A program made the position numbers and the translations under genes. Positions 57,174-64,000 of a stretch of 64,000 bases of DNA are shown here, in pieces. Source of the DNA: Candidatus Zhuqueibacterota bacterium (GTDB lineage: Bacteria > BS750m-G25); assembly GCA_016783505.1 (NCBI GenBank), contig JADHWK010000005.1, positions 1,764 through 65,763 on the forward strand. The letters are read 5' to 3'. A model generated the notes under the pieces. It had not been told where the DNA came from and made no database searches. It saw only the letters and a program-made list of their open reading frames with translations. The stretch's first letter is position 1. Each line of letters begins with the position of its first letter.

Positions 57174-58595
57174 CTAATCTTTCAACCACTCGGTATGGAA
57201 AAACTGACCGCGCGGTTTGTCAACGCGTTCATAGGTGTGAGCGCCGAAATAGTCACGCTGGGCCTGCAGCAGGTTCGCCGGCAGTTGGGCGCTACGGTAG
57301 CCGTCATAATAGGCCAACGCACTGCTGAAAGCCGGAACCGGCAGACCTAAGGCAACCGCTTGGGCAACCACCTTACGCCAGGCATCCTGGTTCGCCTCCA
57401 CAGCGGATTTAAAATAGGAATCCAGCAAAAGATTCGGCAGATCCGGCTGCCTGTCAAACGCTTCTTTAATCTTGTCTAGGAATTGTGCGCGGATAATACA
57501 ACCGTTGCGCCATAACAACGCTATCTCGCCGAACTTCAGATCCCAGTGGTACTCCTCGGCCGCGGCCCGCATCAATTGATAGCCCTGGGCGTAAGAGCAG
57601 ATCTTGGAAGCATACAGTGCCTTGCGGATAATCTCGATAAATTCTACTTTATCACCTTCGAACTTGGCATCGGGGCTGGATAAAACCTTTGATGCGGCCA
57701 CACGCTCTTCCTTTATAGCACTTAAAGCACGGGCAAACACGGCCTCTGCAATCGTCTGCGAGGGGACACCCAGATCCAAAGCGGCCTGGCTGGCCCATTT
57801 GCCCGTACCTTTCTGCCCAGCCGTATCCAGGATAACATGGATCATCGGTTTACCGGTTTCGGGGTCCTTTTTAGCCATAATGTCACTGGTGATTTGAATC
57901 AGGTAGCTGTTTAATTCCCCTTTATTCCATTCTGCAAAAACATCGTACATTTCCCCTGGGGTTAATCCGAGGGCCTGTTCCATTATAAAGTATGACTCAC
58001 AGATCATCTGCATGTCGCCGTACTCAATCCCATTGTGGACCATTTTAACGAAATGCCCAGCGCCGTTGTTCCCGATCCATTCACAGCAGGGGGAGCCATC
58101 AGCAACCTTGGCAGCAATGGATTGAAAGATCGTTTTCACGTGGGGCCAGGCCTCGGGGCTTCCCCCAGGCATAATAGAGGGGCCCTTTAATGCCCCCTCT
58201 TCGCCACCGGAAACGCCGGTGCCGATAAATAAATAACCTTTTTCTTTCAAATAGTTGGTCCTGCGTATGGAATCCGGAAAATGGCTGTTACCACCGTCAA
58301 TGATAATATCACCTGGTTCCAAATGCGGCAGAAGCAGCTCGATAAAATCATCCACGGGCTTACCGGCTTTGACCATAAGCATGGTCTTCCGCGGTTTTTT
58401 AAGACTTGCGGCCAACTCCTCAATGTTGTGACAACCCTTAATGTTTTTACCTTTTGCACGGCCTTCAATGAATTTATCCACTTTGCTGACGGTGCGATTG
58501 AAGACGGCTACCGAAAAACCATGGTTCTCTATATTGAGAACAAGATTTTCGCCCATTACGGCAAGACCAATCAGTCCGATGTCATAAGTGCCCAT
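57174..58595 (-). CDS. gnd: 6-phosphogluconate dehydrogenase (decarboxylating)
   Basis: [16 protein letters not shown] Rossmann motif and the full-length Gnd profile (473 aa). Confidence 0.9.
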   Translation of the reverse strand: MGTYDIGLIGLAVMGENLVLNIENHGFSVAVFNRTVSKVDKFIEGRAKGKNIKGCHNIEELAASLKKPRKTMLMVKAGKPVDDFIELLLPHLEPGDIIIDGGNSHFPDSIRRTNYLKEKGYLFIGTGVSGGEEGALKGPSIMPGGSPEAWPHVKTIFQSIAAKVADGSPCCEWIGNNGAGHFVKMVHNGIEYGDMQMICESYFIMEQALGLTPGEMYDVFAEWNKGELNSYLIQITSDIMAKKDPETGKPMIHVILDTAGQKGTGKWASQAALDLGVPSQTIAEAVFARALSAIKEERVAASKVLSSPDAKFEGDKVEFIEIIRKALYASKICSYAQGYQLMRAAAEEYHWDLKFGEIALLWRNGCIIRAQFLDKIKEAFDRQPDLPNLLLDSYFKSAVEANQDAWRKVVAQAVALGLPVPAFSSALAYYDGYRSAQLPANLLQAQRDYFGAHTYERVDKPRGQFFHTEWLKD

Positions 58596-58611
58596 TCTGT
58601 TTTCCTCCCTG

Positions 58612-59391
58612 TTAAATGGTCATGGCGGTAAAACCGCCGTCCACGCGAATAACGGCACCGGTAACGAAAGAAGAAGCCTTTTCTGAGGCCAACCAGAGTG
58701 TGGCTCCCACCAATTCCTCGGGTTCACCAAATCGAGCCATGGGAGTATGGCGGAAAATAGCCTCGGTGCGCTCCTTGGTCAGCAGTTTGCGATTCTGCTC
58801 AGCCGGGAAAAACCCTGGGGCAATGGCATTCACCCGAACCCTATGGGGCGCCCATTCCCGGGCCAGAAACTGGGTCAGATTGTTGACACCTGCTTTGGAA
58901 ATACCGTATGTAAACACCTTGGAAAGCGGTGGTCCCGATGAGGCTGAGGAAATGTTAATGATACTCCCCCCTTCGCCCTGTTCAATCATTCTTTTCCCAA
59001 AAATCTGACAGGCTAAAAACATGCTCTTCAGGTTCACGCTGAGGATCTTTTCCCACTCCCCTTCGGTAATCTCGAAAAAGGGAGTAGCTGAATTGATGCC
59101 CGGGGCATTGATCAGGATATTTACCCGGCCTAACTCAGTGACGATTTTCTCCAGGGCCTTCATAATATCCTCTTTTATGGAGGCATCCAGTTGGATCGCC
59201 AGCGCCCTGACACCTACGGCAGAAATTTCCTCGGCCTTTTTCCTGGCACTCTCGACGTTAAGATCCAAGACGGCAATATCGGCCCCTGCCCTAGCCAGCC
59301 CATCTGCTATGGCCCCAGCAAGCACCCCACCACCCCCTATAATCGCTGCTACCTTATTCTTTAATCCAAAAAGTGATTCAAGAAATTCCAT
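58612..59391 (-). CDS. Short-chain dehydrogenase/reductase (SDR) family oxidoreductase
   Basis: [15 protein letters not shown] is a TGxxxGxG-type motif and NAPG a NNAG-type motif. The Ser-Tyr-Lys catalytic arrangement is implied by ISSASS...YGISKAG. Confidence 0.75.
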   Translation of the reverse strand: MEFLESLFGLKNKVAAIIGGGGVLAGAIADGLARAGADIAVLDLNVESARKKAEEISAVGVRALAIQLDASIKEDIMKALEKIVTELGRVNILINAPGINSATPFFEITEGEWEKILSVNLKSMFLACQIFGKRMIEQGEGGSIINISSASSGPPLSKVFTYGISKAGVNNLTQFLAREWAPHRVRVNAIAPGFFPAEQNRKLLTKERTEAIFRHTPMARFGEPEELVGATLWLASEKASSFVTGAVIRVDGGFTAMTI

Positions 59392-59697
59392 ATTTAATCC
59401 CCTCTTATGAACTTAAGGGCTACGCCCCAACTGGAATAATGGGCAATAAATATATCTGGAGATCAGGGTATCAGTGGGAAGAATATCAGTGGATCAGAAC
59501 ATTCGGAACGATCTTGGGACAGGATAAAATCTGATATTCTTGTAATCTGATTCCCTTCCTATCCCCAAGCTTCGGGACTGATATTCTGATTTACTTTGAA
59601 GCCCTTTCTTAGAGATTCAAAGATGTTAAGTTACCATCCGCAATCATGAAGTCATGCCTGAGGCAGATCCGCCTATGGCGTGACCTGCGGCTACATC

Positions 59698-61257
59698 CTA
59701 CAGAAAAGGTATAATATGTTTTCTCAAATGCTTCGATAGATTCTCATAGTGATCTTCTTCGTTTGCAACCAAACACTCCTTGATTTGGTCCCGAAACAGA
59801 TAATTCCCCTTAGTATCCTTTGCGGTCAGAACAGAACCGAAGGCAACATGCAACACCTGACGGGCATCGTCCTGTTCAAAAAGAGCCAACAGTTGATCGT
59901 TCGAACATTCCGAACTCAATGGGACATCATCCACCTTGGCTGAGACATGATAGGATGCTTTGTCCAACGGATATCTTTCCCGTGAGAAATCAAAGATCTC
60001 GCGGAACAGATCCGGCTCTTTTGAACAGATGGTATACAATGCCACCAGGTAGCTCGTCCCGGCGGTTTTCACATGAACATACCCTTGCTTAAGCTTTCCG
60101 ATAATTTCATACACACTGAATTTATCACTACCGGAATGAAGGCTGATTTTATAAGGACCCCATTGCTGAGCGATCAGCACATGTTTTTTATACTCCTCCG
60201 CAAAGCGATCGAGATCCCCCCTGTAGTCAACCCCTTTTTCAAAATCCCCGATGAAACGCGGGGCCAGACTCACAAATTTGATTCCCAATCTGATCATTTC
60301 TCCGACGAAAAAAAGGTGCTCAAAGGCGGTGGTGACAGAATCTGTCTCGTCTACTGAGACTTCCAATTCAAAGGGACTCCCGGAAGACCTTTCCACCAGA
60401 TATTTGTACATCTTATAGGTGTGTGCAATCGCCTTCCCATATTTAGCCATGGCACGGTAAATTTCTTCCCGATCGGGATGGATGACGAATTCATCATCAA
60501 GCACAAAATCCCGGTCATCATATCTTCGCAGGCAATCATCAGAGGTATCTTCGAGCGTGGACCACGGGATTTTCTCCACCCTGGCCATAAGCTCCCGGCT
60601 CGAATATGAATCGGCCTGGTTGTCCACGTGATCCCCGGGATCGATGGTATACATGGTGTAACCGGCTTGGACCATCAAGTCGATGTCCTCTGACGTTTTG
60701 AGATGATCGGCATCGGCCCCGAAACCCTCCATATATCCCTCCTGGAAAACAGCCCAGGTGGCGGCATTCATCACCTCCTCGGGACTACGATGGGTCCGCT
60801 TAAGCTCCCGAATGGACTGCTGGGCCAGCACAGGTTTTATCCCTGTTCCTACAACCGCCCGGATGTGTCCCGGTCCCGCCAGGCCCAATCTGTCGCCCAG
60901 CCCGATTGCATTCCCAAGACCGAGCACCTTCGGTCGGGTAAAAGGGAAAAAATTACGTATGGTCACCGCATTGGAATGACTTATGGAACATTTTTTTAGA
61001 AATATGTTTTCCTTATCCAAGATCTCGGCTAAAATCTCCCCATCAAAATCCATGAATTGAGAGCTTTTATCCCCACCGAATAGTATCCAAAGACACTTTT
61101 CTTCCTCAGAGACACCGACAAAAAAATAATCCTCCCCGATTTTGGTAATTGACCGGGGATAAACGTCAACCTTTACCTTATCAGTAAACCTAATTTTTTG
61201 CCTTTGGGAAGGGGCACCTTTCTTTAGTCCTTCAAGCAGGGCTTTGTAATCCCCCAT
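59698..61257 (-). CDS. Tagaturonate/fructuronate epimerase (UxaE)-family-like protein (tentative)
   Basis: The 519-aa ORF carries GNAIGLGDRLGLAGPGH. It sits in a sugar-metabolism context (tkt, gnd, SDR). The family call is from memory of the motif and is unverified. Confidence 0.3.
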   Translation of the reverse strand: MGDYKALLEGLKKGAPSQRQKIRFTDKVKVDVYPRSITKIGEDYFFVGVSEEEKCLWILFGGDKSSQFMDFDGEILAEILDKENIFLKKCSISHSNAVTIRNFFPFTRPKVLGLGNAIGLGDRLGLAGPGHIRAVVGTGIKPVLAQQSIRELKRTHRSPEEVMNAATWAVFQEGYMEGFGADADHLKTSEDIDLMVQAGYTMYTIDPGDHVDNQADSYSSRELMARVEKIPWSTLEDTSDDCLRRYDDRDFVLDDEFVIHPDREEIYRAMAKYGKAIAHTYKMYKYLVERSSGSPFELEVSVDETDSVTTAFEHLFFVGEMIRLGIKFVSLAPRFIGDFEKGVDYRGDLDRFAEEYKKHVLIAQQWGPYKISLHSGSDKFSVYEIIGKLKQGYVHVKTAGTSYLVALYTICSKEPDLFREIFDFSRERYPLDKASYHVSAKVDDVPLSSECSNDQLLALFEQDDARQVLHVAFGSVLTAKDTKGNYLFRDQIKECLVANEEDHYENLSKHLRKHIIPFL

Positions 61258-61280
61258 TGATTTTCATCCTCCAAAAACGA

Positions 61281-63299
61281 TTACCCACCATTCGACCAAG
61301 CCTTGATTTTCTCTGAAACCGCCTCACCCGTAAACCCGAACTTCTCAACCAGCATCCCTAACGGTGCTGAAGCGCCAAATCGGTCCAGGCTGACAATCAA
61401 AATGGGAGATTCGGTTATGCCATCCCAACCATGCGGAACTCCTGCTTCGATTACTGCTAACCGACAGTTTCTCCGGGGAATTACTGACTCCCGGTAGCTT
61501 TTCGATTGCCCCCTGAAGATTTCCAGGGAGGGCATGGAGACCACTCGAACCGAGCAACCCTCGCCTTCAAGAATCTTTTGGCTTTCTAAAGCCAAATGAA
61601 CTTCCGACCCGGTCGCCACCAGAACGATGTACGGCCCTTCCTTTTTTTCTTCAGAGAGCACATACCCCCCCTTCTGAATGAGGAACGGATCGAAATTAGC
61701 CGGCCTTGGCAGGGTGGGAACATTCTGCCTCGTCAGGATCAAGGCCGATGGGCCGCTGCGATTCTTCAGTGCGTAGGTCCAGGCTATGGCCACTTCTAGA
61801 CCATCGGCAGGGCGAATAACGGTAAGATTAGGTATCGCCCTCAAGGCCGCTAACTGCTCTACCGGCTGATGCGTCGGCCCATCCTCGCCCACAAAGATAC
61901 TATCGTGAGTAAAAACGTAGATGACCTGAACCCCCATCATGGCAGCCAGGCGGATAGAAGGCCGCATATAGTCCGAAAAGACCAGAAATGTAGACCCGTA
62001 TGGAATCCAACTGCCGTACAGTGCCAGTCCGTTGAGAACCGCTCCCATAGCATGTTCCCTAACACCGAAATGAAAATTCCGGCCCCCGAAACGACCTTGA
62101 CCAATCGAAGGGGAATCCTCGATCAAGGTTTTGGTTGATGGGGCCAGATCCGCCGATCCTCCACAGAGGCTGGGAACTAACTCAGCAGCTTTTTGCAAGA
62201 TTTTACCCGAAATCACTCGTGTTGCATTCGGCTTGGTCGGAATACTACGAATAAGTTCCTCATCAATGGAATTAGGAACCCGTTTGGCAAACATTTCACC
62301 CCATTGCTCTGCCAATTTCGGGTTTCTCTTTTGCCAGCTTCTGAAATTATCCTGCCACCTATTGTATTCTTTTTTCAACTCTTCGACTCGACAATAAAAC
62401 AGTTCCCTTACTTCATCCGGTACGTAGAAATTGGGCCGAGTAGGCCAACCTAAGTTACGCTTCGTCTCTAAAACCTCCTCAACCCCCAAAGGTGCTCCGT
62501 GGGATTCTTCACTATCCTGCATATTGGGACTTCCATATGCGATATGGGTTTTGGCTATGATGAGCGAAGGTCGATCGTTTACTTCAATTCCCTTCTCGAT
62601 GGCGCTTGCGACATCATCATGGTTATGCCCGTCAATTTGGTTCGTATGCCAACCGTAGGCCTCAAAACGCCTCCCCACATCCTCAGAAAAACTGAGGTTT
62701 GTATCTCCTTCAATCGTAATGTGGTTGTCGTCGTAAATATAGATGATGTTTCCCAGACCGAGGTGTCCAGCCATGGAGGCTGCTTCTGAAGCTACTCCTT
62801 CCATCAAGTCACCGTCACTGACAATCCCGTATATACGATGATCTAACAGTGAGAAGCCATTGGTATTGAACCGTTCAGCCATCATTTTGGCACCAATGGC
62901 CATACCCACACCGTTGGCAAACCCCTGGCCCAGTGGACCGGTCGTCGTTTCGACACCAGGAAGACAATTATATTCGGGGTGACCCGGGGTTCGGCTCCCC
63001 CATTGTCGGAAGGACTTCAGATCCTCTATCAAAACATCGTAACCGCTCAGATAGAGCAATGCATAGAGAAGCATTGATCCGTGTCCAGCGGAGAGAACAA
63101 ACCGATCCCGGTTTGGCCAAATGGGATCTTTGGGGTTAAATTTTAAAAAACGGTTCCAGAGGACAAATGCGCAATCGGCCATACCCATTGGCATGCCGGG
63201 GTGACCCGAATTTGCTTTTTGAACACCATCCACGGCCAGCATCCGAATCGTATTCACAGCCAACTGTGCTAACCGTGGAGTTACCATCACTCTGCACAC
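61281..63299 (-). CDS. tkt: Transketolase
   Basis: The 672-aa ORF has the N-terminal ThDP motif SGHPGMPMGMAD and a GDG..MEG-type motif (SDGDLMEGV), with full-length similarity. Confidence 0.9.
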   Translation of the reverse strand: MCRVMVTPRLAQLAVNTIRMLAVDGVQKANSGHPGMPMGMADCAFVLWNRFLKFNPKDPIWPNRDRFVLSAGHGSMLLYALLYLSGYDVLIEDLKSFRQWGSRTPGHPEYNCLPGVETTTGPLGQGFANGVGMAIGAKMMAERFNTNGFSLLDHRIYGIVSDGDLMEGVASEAASMAGHLGLGNIIYIYDDNHITIEGDTNLSFSEDVGRRFEAYGWHTNQIDGHNHDDVASAIEKGIEVNDRPSLIIAKTHIAYGSPNMQDSEESHGAPLGVEEVLETKRNLGWPTRPNFYVPDEVRELFYCRVEELKKEYNRWQDNFRSWQKRNPKLAEQWGEMFAKRVPNSIDEELIRSIPTKPNATRVISGKILQKAAELVPSLCGGSADLAPSTKTLIEDSPSIGQGRFGGRNFHFGVREHAMGAVLNGLALYGSWIPYGSTFLVFSDYMRPSIRLAAMMGVQVIYVFTHDSIFVGEDGPTHQPVEQLAALRAIPNLTVIRPADGLEVAIAWTYALKNRSGPSALILTRQNVPTLPRPANFDPFLIQKGGYVLSEEKKEGPYIVLVATGSEVHLALESQKILEGEGCSVRVVSMPSLEIFRGQSKSYRESVIPRRNCRLAVIEAGVPHGWDGITESPILIVSLDRFGASAPLGMLVEKFGFTGEAVSEKIKAWSNGG

Positions 63300-63392
63300 A
63301 AGATAGTCCCCTCTTTTAGAATCATAATGTTACGAAATCCTTTAGGGAATATCTAATTTAAACTACAAATTTATGCTCAGATTTCCATTCAA

Positions 63393-64000
63393 TCAGGGTG
63401 AAACATCTGGCCATTCATGCTTAGGATAGAACTGGTAATTAAGAAAACATTGGTTGATAACCGCATTAGGCCATCTACTTTTAATAACCATTCTTTTCTT
63501 CTTTATTATTTTAGAGAGATCATTATACTTCGAAAAATCGGTATATTTTTCCCAGCTTCCAGAAAACTTCTTCGGCCAGGATTTTGCTAAGGGATGGTCA
63601 GGCATCCTTGTAGTGACTTTATGTCTATCATATCTCGTCCTCATATCTTTTATCCGAGCCACTTCTTCTATATGAGCATATTTTACCGAAATTTTTTCCA
63701 AAGGAATGTTCTCCCACCCAACCGGCAAGGAGCCATGGCCTCCCCATTGAACATTGATCCTTGCCCTCTGATTATGAGCATTGGCATCTTCTATGGCTTC
63801 TTTTGTAGCCAGAATCGCTCGATGAAAGTAAGTATACACCCCTTTCACTTTACCTGATTGGGGATCGTATTCAATCCAGACTTTCTCGTGATCAGTGGGA
63901 TCATTATCCCCGGGATAGTCAATATCATCATCCCAGAAGAAACTATATTCGATAAGCGGTTTATCGGGATGAATAACCACCGTCAAATCTTCCAAGGGGA
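63393..64000 (-). CDS. Hypothetical protein, 5' end runs off the window
   Basis: ORF only. There is no in-window ATG start, and the frame stays open to position 64000. Confidence 0.3.
   Translation of the reverse strand, partial: PLEDLTVVIHPDKPLIEYSFFWDDDIDYPGDNDPTDHEKVWIEYDPQSGKVKGVYTYFHRAILATKEAIEDANAHNQRARINVQWGGHGSLPVGWENIPLEKISVKYAHIEEVARIKDMRTRYDRHKVTTRMPDHPLAKSWPKKFSGSWEKYTDFSKYNDLSKIIKKKRMVIKSRWPNAVINQCFLNYQFYPKHEWPDVSP

Overview
This 64-kb window looks like a chromosomal segment (about 50-55% GC, with several AT-rich islets) from a Gram-negative bacterium, most plausibly an uncultivated FCB-superphylum lineage. That placement is an inference, based on a candidate type IX secretion (T9SS) gene set sitting next to PTS, lipid A and Ton genes.

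Gene content, left to right:
- Mannose-type PTS module: EIID, HPr and Enzyme I, then a bifunctional PGI/PMI and a sugar-1-P nucleotidyltransferase.
- A HEPN fragment with an MNT nucleotidyltransferase (toxin-antitoxin remnant).
- metK and ahcY (SAM cycle).
- A large lipoprotein with a FadL/PorV-like outer-membrane barrel.
- A low-GC PD40/TolB-like gene bracketed by about 125-nt structured direct repeats.
- Two LptF/LptG permeases.
- A 2069-aa SprA/Sov-like giant outer-membrane protein, an M28/glutaminyl-cyclase-like protein and Ppx/GppA.
- Candidate T9SS cargo and components: a BNR-propeller protein with a C-terminal sorting domain, two adjacent formylglycine-generating-enzyme (GldJ/GldK/PorK-like) lipoproteins and two PorV/PorQ-like barrels.
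- Several lipoproteins, a YibQ-like deacetylase, pdxJ and an S41 Ctp protease.
- exbB-exbD-exbD-tonB behind a textbook sigma70 promoter.
- A Gfo/Idh/MocA oxidoreductase, an ICMT-like methyltransferase and lpxB.
- An AT-rich 1.3-kb islet carrying a YidD-like gene with a Cys-rich extension.
- DUF374, lpxK and nadB.
- An ECF sigma/anti-sigma pair.
- A minus-strand sugar-metabolism block: tkt, UxaE-like, SDR, gnd, LarA-like, PPi-PFK and a HAD-like hydrolase.

No rRNA or tRNA genes, CRISPR arrays, transposases or integrases were found.

The intergenic DNA is unusually rich in short repeated palindromic elements:
- an ATCCCGA-N4-TCGGGAT hairpin family;
- ATAGGAAT-N-ATTCCTAT palindromes;
- GAAGTG hexamer arrays;
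- a 10-mer AATCAGCAAT recurring upstream of metK and ahcY;
- several 20-37-nt exact repeats.

The best candidates for novel biology are the repeat-flanked PD40 cassette, the FGE-lipoprotein/PorV-like module and the YidD-like islet.
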